Shown here in pieces: positions 29,495 through 40,341 of a stretch of DNA of 64,000 nt (its first letter is position 1; every line of letters begins with the position of its first letter). Below the pieces are notes generated by a model. It had not been told where the DNA came from and searched no databases. It saw only the letters and a program-made list of their open reading frames with translations. Source of the DNA: Candidatus Omnitrophota bacterium. Lineage in GTDB: Bacteria; Omnitrophota; Gorgyraeia; Zapsychrales; Fredricksoniimonadaceae. Made by a program: the position numbers and the translations under genes. The stretch lies in the NCBI GenBank assembly GCA_044225175.1, contig JBGAJA010000001.1, positions 206,114-270,113 of the forward strand. The letters run 5' to 3'.

Positions 29495-30772
29495 ATGGAG
29501 TATAGTATGAATAAAAAACGTCGTGTAGTAATTACTGGAGTTGGAATTGTGGCTCCCAATGGAATCGGCAATGACGCCTGTTTTTCAGCCATGATTAAAG
29601 GTGTATCTGCGATTCGTCGTGTCACCGAATTTGACGTCTCCATCTTCAATACAAAGATTGCGGCACAAGTTTTGGACTTTGACCCAATTGCTTTAGGTCT
29701 ATCTTTCGAAGAAGCAATTCGTATGGATCGCTATGTTCAGTTTGCCTGCGTGGCAGCACGAATGGCGCTGGAAGATTCGAAGTTAAGCTTGAATGCTGTG
29801 AATAAAGATCGCATTGGTGTTTCTTTGGCGAATGCGATTTGTGGAACCAAGTATATGGAAGAAGAGTTTGCGCTTGTGACTGATAGCGGGACAAAGCCTA
29901 TTAATCCTGCCATTGTTCGTCCTGATCTTTATGATGCAGCGATGTTTAATACTCCATCAAGTGAACTTTCTGCTAAGTATGGTTTAAGAGGTGTTTGCAA
30001 TACGATTTCGACGGGCTGTACAGCTGGAACAGATTCTGTTGGATTTGCAATGGAGACGATTCTAGATGGAGATGCAGACATTATGCTCTGTGGAGCAGCA
30101 GAAGCGCCCATTACTCCGATCACATTTGGTGCCTTTGATACGGTGAACGTTTTATCTGTCCATAACGATGAGCCAGCAAAGGCTTCTCGTCCATTTGATA
30201 ATAAGAGAAATGGCTTTGTGATTTCAGAAGGTGCGGGGGTTTTAGTTGCTGAAGAATTAGAACATGCCCTTAAACGCGGTGCTCGTATTTATTGTGAGAT
30301 CACAGGCTTTGGGACAACATGCAATGCCTATCACATGACAGATCTTCCTCCAGAAGGTGATGCTATGGCAGATAGCATTACACTTGCAATGGATGATGCT
30401 GGAATTAAGGCAGAGCAGATTGATTACATCTCAGCTCATGGTTCTTCAACTCGACAGAATGATACCTTTGAAACAAGTGCTTACAAAATGGCATTAGGGC
30501 CCCAAGCGTATAAGATTCCGATCTCTTCTGTTAAATCCATGATTGGACATCCCCTAGCAGGTGCAAATGGGATCGAATTAGCTCTCAGTTCATTAATGTT
30601 TGAGCGTAATATTTTACCGCCAACGATCAATCAGGAAGAAAAAGATCCTACATGCGATTTGAATTACATTCCTAATAAGGCGATGGAAAAGAAGGTGGAT
30701 TGTATTTTAAAAACATCCAGCGGGTTCTCCGGAATTCATTCAGCTATGGTGCTGCAACGATATAAGGGGTAA
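29495..30772 (+). CDS. Beta-ketoacyl synthase (KS, catalytically intact)
   Basis: Active-site Cys in ISTGCTAGTDS, His in YISAHGSST and MIGHPLAGAN. The ORF tracker's ORF begins at a TTG at 29471. I use the ATG at 29495, which is preceded by aaggtggggg. Confidence 0.8.
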   Translation: MEYSMNKKRRVVITGVGIVAPNGIGNDACFSAMIKGVSAIRRVTEFDVSIFNTKIAAQVLDFDPIALGLSFEEAIRMDRYVQFACVAARMALEDSKLSLNAVNKDRIGVSLANAICGTKYMEEEFALVTDSGTKPINPAIVRPDLYDAAMFNTPSSELSAKYGLRGVCNTISTGCTAGTDSVGFAMETILDGDADIMLCGAAEAPITPITFGAFDTVNVLSVHNDEPAKASRPFDNKRNGFVISEGAGVLVAEELEHALKRGARIYCEITGFGTTCNAYHMTDLPPEGDAMADSITLAMDDAGIKAEQIDYISAHGSSTRQNDTFETSAYKMALGPQAYKIPISSVKSMIGHPLAGANGIELALSSLMFERNILPPTINQEEKDPTCDLNYIPNKAMEKKVDCILKTSSGFSGIHSAMVLQRYKG

Positions 30773-30776
30773 AACT

Positions 30777-31046
30777 ATGTGTTGTCCTACAACTCAACAA
30801 ACAGTTTCATTTTTTAAATCTGTTGAACCTTTGTTTTGGTTGTTTCAAATTCTTATTGTTTCAAACTTGGTTTTTCCAAAAATCTTCTTTGCAACTCAGT
30901 TGAACTGGCTTAATAAGCTTTTAAAATACCAGGGCTTTGAGGCGCATATTACCTTTAGTGAAAAGGCATATAAGATTTGGTATAGAGATTTATGTGTTTT
31001 GTTTTTTTTAAATTTGATTGTTATTGGACTTATACATTTAATTTAG
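30777..31046 (+). CDS. Small hydrophobic ORF between the two KS genes
   Basis: 89 aa with two hydrophobic segments. RBS-like aagggg sits upstream. No homology recognised. Confidence 0.3.
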   Translation: MCCPTTQQTVSFFKSVEPLFWLFQILIVSNLVFPKIFFATQLNWLNKLLKYQGFEAHITFSEKAYKIWYRDLCVLFFLNLIVIGLIHLI

Positions 31047-31057
31047 GGGCTTAATTA

Positions 31058-32290
31058 ATGGAAAAAATTGCAATTACAGGTTTAGGAGTCATTTCTCCTT
31101 CAGGGATAGATAAGCGTCAGTTTTGGGCTAATATCAAAGCAGGACGTTCAACGGTTGAGAAGATTGAGCGTTTTGATGCATCTTTATATCCTTCACGCAT
31201 TGCTGGTCACGTCAAAGAGTTGGATGCATACAGCAATGTTTCATCTCGGTTACTTAAAAAGATTGATTTGTTTTCTCATATGGCACTTGTTGCTTCCGAA
31301 ATGTGTTTAGCGGATGCCAAGATCAATCTTTCAGAAGAAGATTTGAAACGTGTGGGAATCTTTATGGGCAATGCTTTGGGTGGATGGTTGTATGCTGAAA
31401 CGGAGCTTCGGGATATGTATCTTGAAGGAAGAGAAGGTGTTAGTCCTTTCATGGCTTCCGCCTGGTTTCCAGCAGCTCCTCAAGGACAGATTTCTATTCA
31501 TTATGGAATCAAAGGGTACAGTAAGACTATTGTTGCTGATCGAGCGAGCTCTTTGATGGCCATTGCCTATGCAGCTAAGACAATTAATCGTGGTAAATGT
31601 GATTTTATCTTGGCAGGTGGTATGGAAGCGCCTGTTACCCCTTATGCATTACTATGTTGTGTCACGTCGGGGACATTGTCTTTGAATAACAATAATCCAC
31701 ACAGTGCTTACCGACCTTTTGATAAGAATCGTGATGGATTGGCCATTGCTGAAGGTGCTGGTGTTTTGACATTAGAACCTCAATCACGTGTTGCTAAACG
31801 TGGCGCTCATGTGTATGCCAATATTATTGGTTATGGAACAACGACAGATGCAACCAATCGCATTGATCCATCTGGCGATGGTCATCAATTAGCGCGTGCA
31901 ATTAAAATAGCTTTGGATGACGCAAAGCTTGCTCCATCAGACATTGATTACATTTGTGCTGATGGCGCAGGAACAATCCTTGGAGATATTACAGAGACCA
32001 AGGCAATCAAAGAGGCGTTTGGTCCCGTTGCTTATAAGATTCCTGTGTCAGCACCTAAGTCTATCTTTGGAAATATGCTTGGAGCCTGTGGAGCGTTAGA
32101 TGTGATTACAACCCTCTTGGCTATGGAACACAGTATGGTGCCGCCAACAATTAATTATCAAACACCAGATCCAGAATGTGATTTGGATTACGTGCCTAAT
32201 AAAGCTCAAGAGAAGACTATCAAAAATGCCATGATCATTAATCGTGGTCGTGGTGGGATTAATTGCGTTTTAATTTTACAGAAAGGTTAA
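31058..32290 (+). CDS. KS-like partner lacking all three catalytic residues (chain-length-factor-like)
   Basis: Aligned to the upstream KS, the Cys position reads IVADRASSL (C→R), the first His reads YICADGAGT (H→D), and the second His reads IFGNMLGA (H→N). Confidence 0.75.
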   Translation: MEKIAITGLGVISPSGIDKRQFWANIKAGRSTVEKIERFDASLYPSRIAGHVKELDAYSNVSSRLLKKIDLFSHMALVASEMCLADAKINLSEEDLKRVGIFMGNALGGWLYAETELRDMYLEGREGVSPFMASAWFPAAPQGQISIHYGIKGYSKTIVADRASSLMAIAYAAKTINRGKCDFILAGGMEAPVTPYALLCCVTSGTLSLNNNNPHSAYRPFDKNRDGLAIAEGAGVLTLEPQSRVAKRGAHVYANIIGYGTTTDATNRIDPSGDGHQLARAIKIALDDAKLAPSDIDYICADGAGTILGDITETKAIKEAFGPVAYKIPVSAPKSIFGNMLGACGALDVITTLLAMEHSMVPPTINYQTPDPECDLDYVPNKAQEKTIKNAMIINRGRGGINCVLILQKG

Positions 32291-32292
32291 TT

Positions 32293-32535
32293 ATGGAAAC
32301 ACAAACAGATTTAGAAAATAAAGTTAAGGGGATTTTAAAGAAGGTCTTGGATGTCAAGGACAGTGAAATTATTCCAGGCGCCAAACTAGATGAGTCGCTC
32401 GGAATTGATTCTACAGAAATGGTTGAGATTTCTGTTTCTATAAAGAAGGAATTGGGAGTTGCTTTAAAAGATAATGAGCTAAAGAAGACTCATTCTTTGA
32501 ATGAAATCGTTAGTATTTTAAAGTCTAAGGGCTAA
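32293..32535 (+). CDS. Acyl carrier protein
   Basis: 80 aa with LGIDSTEMVE, the phosphopantetheine-attachment Ser motif. Start trimmed to the ATG after the KS-like stop. Confidence 0.75.
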   Translation: METQTDLENKVKGILKKVLDVKDSEIIPGAKLDESLGIDSTEMVEISVSIKKELGVALKDNELKKTHSLNEIVSILKSKG

Positions 32536-32624
32536 GGGAGTATTAAGTGGACTTAATTAATTTTGATAAAAACAGGAATTTAGACGAGTTGGAGTTAGCG
32601 GGGGGAATAGAAAGACGGGGGTCT

Positions 32625-32984
32625 ATGATGTCCCGATCTACCAAGCTTAGACAAATACCTGTAAAGAAATTAACTACGGAAGAATTACGTCTGATGATTG
32701 TGCAAAATAGAAGTTTGAGATTTTTGGTTCCACTTGCAATTGAACGTTTGCTAGATGATTCAATGCTCAAAGGAGATCAATACGCAGGCGATTTGACAAA
32801 TGCAGTATTAACGATTGAGAAAAAGTTTTGGGCAGGTGATTTGAATGGCTACGTTCCTATGCTTAATTCTATTATTGAAAAAGCACAAAAAATAGCAGAA
32901 GAGAATCCAAAGGATTATGAAGGTTTCTTTCAGCACACCTCTCATGCGATTAAACTTTTTAAAGCAAACACGAGTGAGCTATGA
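32625..32984 (+). CDS. Hypothetical protein
   Basis: ORF with plausible start MMSRSTKL preceded by gacggggg. No domain recognised. Confidence 0.4.
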   Translation: MMSRSTKLRQIPVKKLTTEELRLMIVQNRSLRFLVPLAIERLLDDSMLKGDQYAGDLTNAVLTIEKKFWAGDLNGYVPMLNSIIEKAQKIAEENPKDYEGFFQHTSHAIKLFKANTSEL

Positions 32985-33352
32985 AGGGTCGAATCCAAGA
33001 TCTCAATTTAGTTGAACTCAAAGACATCAAGATTAAAGATGTTGTTCTTAATGAATTTAATATTGAGATTGTTTTCGAAGGTGATCACTCTCTTGTCATT
33101 GAAGAATATTGGGAATATGTGGATGAAAAAGAACAAGTGATCGATAGGCAGTTAAGCTCTAAGTTCAGAAAAGAATTTAAGTTGAAAGAAGTGGTGGGTA
33201 GCCAATTTATCAAATTGAGTAAAGTGTTAGAAACGTTTTATTTCGGTTTTAGTAATAAGAACTCTTTAAAAGTTTCTGCTCCCGATTTTGAATTTATGAA
33301 TTTAGATCATTATAAAGCCTTTGGTGATGATAGTGCGCCGTCAGGAGTTTAA
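32981..33352 (+). CDS. Hypothetical protein
   Basis: 123 aa, overlapping the upstream ORF by 4 bp. No domain recognised. Confidence 0.4.
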   Translation: MKGRIQDLNLVELKDIKIKDVVLNEFNIEIVFEGDHSLVIEEYWEYVDEKEQVIDRQLSSKFRKEFKLKEVVGSQFIKLSKVLETFYFGFSNKNSLKVSAPDFEFMNLDHYKAFGDDSAPSGV

Positions 33353-33354
33353 AT

Positions 33355-34158
33355 ATGACAATAATTGATTTAAGTCTTCCTATTGATGATAGCTTGATTG
33401 AAACGCATGCGGCTACAATTGAGCGTATCACTCATAAGGCTGGGGTTGAACATTTTAATTGGGTAGTCATGAAAAATCAGCCGGGTGGGCAGGAGCGTTT
33501 TGATAAGGGTGAACGTGTGGCCACTGCGCAAGAGATTCCTGATGGCGAGATGTTGTCATTAGAAATTGTGAATTCTTCTGTCCACATGGGTTCTCATGTG
33601 GATGCTCCTTTTCATTATGGAAGCACATGTGAGGGGAAACCTGCCAAGCAAATCATGGATGTTCCGCTCGAATGGTGTTATGGTCCAGGTGTTGTTTTAG
33701 ATTTCACTCATTTAAAATTTCCTGATGCAATCGGCCGCAAAGAAGTTGAAGGGGCTCTCACCAAAATTAATTATAAGCTTAAGCCAATGGACATAGTTCT
33801 TCTCTATACAGGAGGTGACAAGCTTCTTGGTACAGATGATTACGTAAATAAATATGTCGGCTGTACGCCTGATGCGATTGAGTTTTTGCTTGATCAAGGA
33901 ATTAAGATGATTGGCGTAGATACAATCGGTTTAGATCGTCCATGTTTTTTAATGTTCAAAGAATTTTTAAGTACTAAAGACAAGAGTAAGATTTGGCCGT
34001 GCCATTTCTTAGGTCGCAGACGTGAATATTGTCATATGGAACGTTTAGGAAATTTAGGTGCGATTCCTAAGCCTTTTGGATTTACAGTTTCATGTTTGCC
34101 TGTGAAGGTTCGTAATGCTGGTGCAGGTTGGAGTCGAGTGGTGGCTTTAATCAACTAA
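33355..34158 (+). CDS. Cyclase-family protein (PF04199, kynurenine formamidase / polyketide cyclase type)
   Basis: Metal-binding motif HMGSHVDAPFHY (HxGTHxDxPxH), the family signature. Confidence 0.7.
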   Translation: MTIIDLSLPIDDSLIETHAATIERITHKAGVEHFNWVVMKNQPGGQERFDKGERVATAQEIPDGEMLSLEIVNSSVHMGSHVDAPFHYGSTCEGKPAKQIMDVPLEWCYGPGVVLDFTHLKFPDAIGRKEVEGALTKINYKLKPMDIVLLYTGGDKLLGTDDYVNKYVGCTPDAIEFLLDQGIKMIGVDTIGLDRPCFLMFKEFLSTKDKSKIWPCHFLGRRREYCHMERLGNLGAIPKPFGFTVSCLPVKVRNAGAGWSRVVALIN

Positions 34159-34169
34159 GGGAGAAAATT

Positions 34170-34751
34170 ATGAGACATCTGATTTTAATTTTGGCAGTCG
34201 TTTTGGTTTCAGGGAATGTCTGGGCTGAGAATAACGAATTTAAAGGTTATAGAGTAGATCGAATAGAAAAAGTTAAGGCGCACCGTCTTGAACAAAAAGC
34301 TGAGAACAAAGACTTTCGTTCCACTCTTAAAGATAAAAGCAAAGAAGAGCGAATGGAGGCTGTTCATTCTCATCGTTTGAACCAACATACAGAAAATATT
34401 GAAAAGCATAAAATTATGCATGAACAACAGATGGCTAGATTAAAAGAAGAATTAGCTAAGAAAGAAAATCTCACTCAAGCACAAAAAGATGAAATTCTTA
34501 ACAAGCGTGAAGCTCAATTTCAAGAAAAGTTACAACATCATCAACAGCAATTCTCTGAGAATAAAGCTTTTGCAGAGAAAATATCTGCTGAAGACATGAA
34601 TTCTCAAGAACGCAAGGATGCTTGGAAGGCTCATATGGAGGAACAAAAGTCGGAAAATAAAACCTTTCGCCAAAACGCCATGTTAGAAATGAAAGCCAAG
34701 CGTCAGCAAATGCATAATGATATGAAAGCTACCAGAAAAGATGTGAAGTAA
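34170..34751 (+). CDS. Secreted K/E/H-rich coiled-coil protein with repeated HRL.Q motifs
   Basis: Signal peptide MRHLILILAVVLVSGNVWA, RBS aagggag. Low-complexity charged repeats with many His. Confidence 0.5.
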   Translation: MRHLILILAVVLVSGNVWAENNEFKGYRVDRIEKVKAHRLEQKAENKDFRSTLKDKSKEERMEAVHSHRLNQHTENIEKHKIMHEQQMARLKEELAKKENLTQAQKDEILNKREAQFQEKLQHHQQQFSENKAFAEKISAEDMNSQERKDAWKAHMEEQKSENKTFRQNAMLEMKAKRQQMHNDMKATRKDVK

Positions 34752-34767
34752 TATTAAAGGAGGAGTT

Positions 34768-35217
34768 ATGGGTCATACTGTTAATTCAATAGTCATTAAT
34801 GCGCCATACGAGTTGGTTTTTGATGTTTCTAATCATATTGAACGTTGGACTGAGTTGTTTGGTAAGGAATACGCAAGTGCAGATGTTTTAGAGCGTAAAG
34901 GAAATGAGATCACATTTCGTTTAACTGATGAAGATAAGAAATCTTGGGTATCTAAGCGTTGGTTATACAAAGATTTGAAGTTTGCTTATGCGCAGCGTCA
35001 TGATCCTTTGTTTCCTTTTATTTATATGAAGATTGTTTGGTTGTATCAAGAAACGCCAGAAGGAATCAAGATGACATGGATCCAAGATTTTGAAATGGAT
35101 CCTAAGTTTACAAAATTTACGGCCGAGCAAATTGAAGGGTTTGTGAATGAACATTCACAGCATAACATGAAAATTTTTAAGAAGGTGATTGAAGCAGAAG
35201 CCCATGCTGTTAAATAA
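34768..35217 (+). CDS. SRPBCC-superfamily protein (polyketide cyclase/dehydrase-like, TcmN ARO/CYC type)
   Basis: ~150 aa with pattern SIVINAPYELVFDVSNHIERW typical of Polyketide_cyc2/SRPBCC. Confidence 0.6.
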   Translation: MGHTVNSIVINAPYELVFDVSNHIERWTELFGKEYASADVLERKGNEITFRLTDEDKKSWVSKRWLYKDLKFAYAQRHDPLFPFIYMKIVWLYQETPEGIKMTWIQDFEMDPKFTKFTAEQIEGFVNEHSQHNMKIFKKVIEAEAHAVK

Positions 35218-36346
35218 CAATCGACGTTTGATTCTGTTTTATTTTTGTTGTGCCAATATTTTAATCTCGTTTAACATTTCAGCTCTGATTGCAACTGTTC
35301 CGGCCATCGCGCGCTCTTTGGATGTGGATGCAGGAGATGTGGCAGGTATTGTAACTTACTACATGATTCCTTATGGATTATGTGCGCTGGGATTTGTACC
35401 TTTAGCTTGCAGGTTTTCGATTAAATCGCTGTTGATCTTTTCTGCTAGTCTTTTTTCCTTAGGCAATTGGATATGCTTATGGTCAGATTCTTTAACAGTG
35501 ATCATGGCGGGGCGAATTCTATCGGGAATTGCGGCAGCTGCCGTTACTCCTTTAGGTTTAATTACCTTAGGTAAGATTTTTCCAACGCATTTGCGGGGGA
35601 GAGTCATTGGAATATTCTTTAGTTCAGCATTCTTTGGTTCGATCTTTGGCTTAATTCTTAGTGCCGTTGCTCATTGGCATTGGCAATTTATTATTCCCTT
35701 TTGGCTGGGGCTGATCTTAGCTATTGGTTTATTTTTTTGTCCCAAGGATGGAATGGAGGCGCATTCGGTTAAAGTTGATTATTTTGATGCTTTTCGTATC
35801 CCAGGATTACGTAGATTGCTGGTTCTCATATTCTTTATGAGTTTGTTCTTTCATGGTGTGGTTAAGTGGTATGGGGTTTATTTGGATAAGATCTATAGTT
35901 ACAGCCAAGTAACTATTAGTGGTTTGATAATTCTGACAGCTTTTGCTTCAATGTTGGGTCAATTAATTGGAGGGATCATTACAGATAAGCTTGGTCGTTT
36001 GTACTCTTGTTATATAGGAACTGGATTATTAGGTTTGTGTGTTGTGGCGTTGTATTGGCAATATTCTTTTTTGATTTTAAGTATTGTGTTTTGTTTAATT
36101 TCAGTTGGTTGGACGATAGCACATAACGGTATATCAACAGTGCTTACGGATTTCTCAGATAAGTTTCGCATGGAACTTGCAGCGCTTAATTCAGCGGTTA
36201 GATTTTTTAGTGGAGGTTTGGGGTTTTGGCTGAGCGGAAATTTTGTACAGCGTAATTTTGGTCTTACATTTTTAATGATTGGAATATTGATGTTGACCCA
36301 AATGTTGTTTATTTCGAAAATTGTTTCACAACGAAAGGAAAGTTAA
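35204..36346 (+). CDS. MFS transporter
   Basis: About 12 predicted transmembrane helices. Overlaps the previous gene end. Confidence 0.65.
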   Translation: MLLNNNRRLILFYFCCANILISFNISALIATVPAIARSLDVDAGDVAGIVTYYMIPYGLCALGFVPLACRFSIKSLLIFSASLFSLGNWICLWSDSLTVIMAGRILSGIAAAAVTPLGLITLGKIFPTHLRGRVIGIFFSSAFFGSIFGLILSAVAHWHWQFIIPFWLGLILAIGLFFCPKDGMEAHSVKVDYFDAFRIPGLRRLLVLIFFMSLFFHGVVKWYGVYLDKIYSYSQVTISGLIILTAFASMLGQLIGGIITDKLGRLYSCYIGTGLLGLCVVALYWQYSFLILSIVFCLISVGWTIAHNGISTVLTDFSDKFRMELAALNSAVRFFSGGLGFWLSGNFVQRNFGLTFLMIGILMLTQMLFISKIVSQRKES

Positions 36347-37131
36347 TGTCACATGTATCTGTTGATTTGAAGGGTAAGGTTGCTGTGATCACTGGTGCAA
36401 GCCGTGGGATAGGTAAGGCCATCGCAACGCGTTTGGCTGAGCATGGAGCTAGCCTGGTCTTAGCGGCGCGTTCACAGGGGCCTTTGGATGCGACGGTGAA
36501 TGAGTTAAAGGATAAGTATGGGGTTCAAGCGATTGGTGTTTCTTGTGATGTGGCTAAATTAGATCAACTTCAGAATTTGGTTGCTAAAGCTAAAGCGCAA
36601 TTTAAACAAATTGACATCTTAGTGAATGTTGCTGGTGTATCTAGTCAATATCCTTTTCATGAACAACCGATCGAAGACTTTGAAATGTTAGCTCATATCA
36701 ACTATTTGGGTTATGTGCGTTTGATTCGCTTGATTATTCCTGATATGGTGGCTCGTCGTGATGGTCATTTGATCAATGTGGTTTCTGGTTCAACCTTAGT
36801 CGACCCAATTCCTCGTGGATTTTTAACCTATAGTTCCTTGAAGATGGGTTTGCGTGCATTTCTTAAAGGTCTCTTTTGGGAAATGCGTGAACACAATATT
36901 AAAGTAACATCTTTGCTTCCTGGAGTTGTAGCCTCCGATTTGACTGACCATCTTAAGGATGTGGCGGTGACTCAGCGTGACCGTCTTATGGATCCAGTTG
37001 CGGTTGCAGATATGGTCAGCTTTGCTTTGTCAGTTCCAGCTAATGCTTGCCCGCTTGAATTGGCTGTAATCAATCAGTTGACGACTTGGACTAAGCCGAT
37101 TATTGATTATAAGCAAACCCAAGCAAAGTAG
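36346..37131 (+). CDS. Short-chain dehydrogenase/reductase (SDR, ketoreductase-like)
   Basis: VAVITGASRGIGKAIA cofactor-binding motif. 261 aa. Confidence 0.8.
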   Translation: MSHVSVDLKGKVAVITGASRGIGKAIATRLAEHGASLVLAARSQGPLDATVNELKDKYGVQAIGVSCDVAKLDQLQNLVAKAKAQFKQIDILVNVAGVSSQYPFHEQPIEDFEMLAHINYLGYVRLIRLIIPDMVARRDGHLINVVSGSTLVDPIPRGFLTYSSLKMGLRAFLKGLFWEMREHNIKVTSLLPGVVASDLTDHLKDVAVTQRDRLMDPVAVADMVSFALSVPANACPLELAVINQLTTWTKPIIDYKQTQAK

Positions 37132-37165
37132 GGCAGAACAACTTGATCTTGTAAAGGAGTGATGC

Positions 37166-37399
37166 ATGGATAAAACCGTTGCTACATTTCAAAAAAACAA
37201 GTTTCAACAAGTTCATGTAGGGATTAGAGAGTTTAAAGGAAATGATTTGGTGGATATTCGAGTGTTTACACAGCTGCAGGGATCGAATCATATGGTGGCC
37301 ACAGCTAAAGGAATTAGTATTAATGTCCATCTGGTGCCAGAATTAAGAAAAGCTTTGGAAGAAGTAGATCGTCTGTTAAGAGAAGAGAAAATGTTATGA
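37166..37399 (+). CDS. PC4-like (transcriptional coactivator p15 fold) ssDNA-binding protein
   Basis: VGIREFKGNDLVDIRVF...AKGISINV matches the PC4 C-terminal domain consensus. Confidence 0.6.
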   Translation: MDKTVATFQKNKFQQVHVGIREFKGNDLVDIRVFTQLQGSNHMVATAKGISINVHLVPELRKALEEVDRLLREEKML

Positions 37400-38304
37400 C
37401 CATTGATTCACACAGTCATTTTATGCCACCAGCTGTTGCTCAAAAGACCGCGTTCTTTAAAGAGCATTGGTCAGATGTTGATAAACATCTTAAGTTGATG
37501 GATGATCATCATGTTAATCAATCGCTGCTTTTATATCCAACCAGCGACGCGCATATCAATATGGGGGGATGGAAGAATCTTTGCGATGTTTATAATCGTG
37601 AGCTTTCTCAAATTGTTCATAAATATCCCAATCGTTTTATTGGAGCTGGAATTTTACCTATTGATTCTCCTGATGACATTCTCAAAGAATTAAAACGCAT
37701 TGAAGACTTGGGATTAAAAGTAATTTCATTGGCATCCAGTTATGATGGAATTTATTTGGATGATCCAAAATTCTTTCAGATTTATGAGTTCGCCAAGTCA
37801 AAGAAAATGCCCATCCATGTACATCCTCAAATCATGAACCCTATTGGGTTTGAACGCGTGCAAGACCCATTATTAAGTCCTGTTTTAGAGTATGTATTCG
37901 ATGTTTCTATGTGTATTGGAAAGATGATGATGTCAGGTGTCTTTTTAAAATACCATGACGTTAATTTCATTTTTGCTCATTATGGAGGAGTGCTTCCAAT
38001 TGTAAAGGAGCGCTTCGATGCTACGTACGCAATGCTCAGACGACGAAACTTTGTAAAAGACATTACTAAATTTCCAAGCGAATTTTTTTCGAATTTATAT
38101 TTTGATACCAGTGGTTCAAAATCCAAGGCCTCATTATTGGCTGCATTAGAGTTAACGGACTGCCACCATATATTGTGGGGGTCTGATTTTCCAGCGAATC
38201 AAAATTTCAAAGATTCCCTCGGTGTAATCAGTAATACCGTGCTTTCTGTGCAAGAACGTAACTCATTATTTGGCTATAATTTTGCACGCCTCATGGAAAA
38301 ATAA
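37396..38304 (+). CDS. Amidohydrolase-2 family metal-dependent hydrolase/decarboxylase (ACMSD-like)
   Basis: N-terminal IDSHSHFMPP metal-binding His pair. TIM-barrel amidohydrolase_2 pattern. Confidence 0.65.
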   Translation: MTIDSHSHFMPPAVAQKTAFFKEHWSDVDKHLKLMDDHHVNQSLLLYPTSDAHINMGGWKNLCDVYNRELSQIVHKYPNRFIGAGILPIDSPDDILKELKRIEDLGLKVISLASSYDGIYLDDPKFFQIYEFAKSKKMPIHVHPQIMNPIGFERVQDPLLSPVLEYVFDVSMCIGKMMMSGVFLKYHDVNFIFAHYGGVLPIVKERFDATYAMLRRRNFVKDITKFPSEFFSNLYFDTSGSKSKASLLAALELTDCHHILWGSDFPANQNFKDSLGVISNTVLSVQERNSLFGYNFARLMEK

Positions 38305-38333
38305 GATAAATAAAAAATAGTCAAAAAAAATTG

Positions 38334-38362
38334 TTGACATTAAAAATTTATCTGGTATCTTT
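38334..38362 (+). promoter_or_regulatory. Candidate rRNA operon promoter (TTGACA, 16–17 nt spacer, tatctt) with upstream A-tract UP-like element
   Basis: ttgacattaaaaatttatctggtatctt preceded by aaaaaatagtcaaaaaaaa. A second TTGACA lies at 38386. Confidence 0.4.
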
Positions 38363-38445
38363 ATGAAACCTTTTTTAGACGTTCTTTGACAATCTATTGT
38401 TCGATTCAAATTTAAACAAGCCAAAGATTTTTTTGAAGCCAAGAA

Positions 38446-39989
<1,544 letters not shown>

Positions 39990-40180
39990 TATTCTATTAC
40001 AGGATAGAAACGAAAATTTCATCGTCAACGAAATGTTTAAGCATAATAAGTAAATCAAGATCTTCTCTTTGAAGTTCTTGGCTTTCAAAAATTTTAGAAC
40101 TGCTCGTTGAAACAATGAGCGATCATTGTTTCAACGGGTTTGTTTTCCAAGTGGTCAATCCACTGGCTAAGCCGTATAAC

Positions 40181-40254
40181 GGGCCCGTAGCTCAGATGGT
40201 TAGAGCGCGTCCCTGATAAGGACGAGGTCAGTGGTTCGATCCCCCTCGGGCCCA
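40181..40254 (+). tRNA. tRNA-Ile (anticodon GAU)
   Basis: Cloverleaf GGGCCCGTAGCTCAG...CTGATAA... in the 16S–23S spacer. CCA is not encoded. One U·C mismatch in the T-stem. Confidence 0.85.
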
Positions 40255-40264
40255 TTTATTTCGA

Positions 40265-40341
40265 GGGGCCGTAGCTCAGTTTGGTAGAGCGCCTGCTTTG
40301 CAAGCAGGAAGTCAAGAGTTCGATCCTCTTCGGCTCCACCA
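40265..40341 (+). tRNA. tRNA-Ala (anticodon UGC)
   Basis: GGGGCCGTAGCTCAG...TTTGCAA... with the G3:U70 identity pair. CCA is encoded. Confidence 0.9.

Noticed and set aside
653-37330. Numerous antisense or alternative-frame ORFs of 60–110 aa nested inside strong CDSs (e.g. 653..853, 1145..1348, 3373..3711, 6322..6624, 20830..21150, 26151..26381, 31350..31556, 37100..37330)
   Set aside because: Each is fully contained within a gene with clear domain evidence on the other strand or frame. None has a start context or recognisable product.
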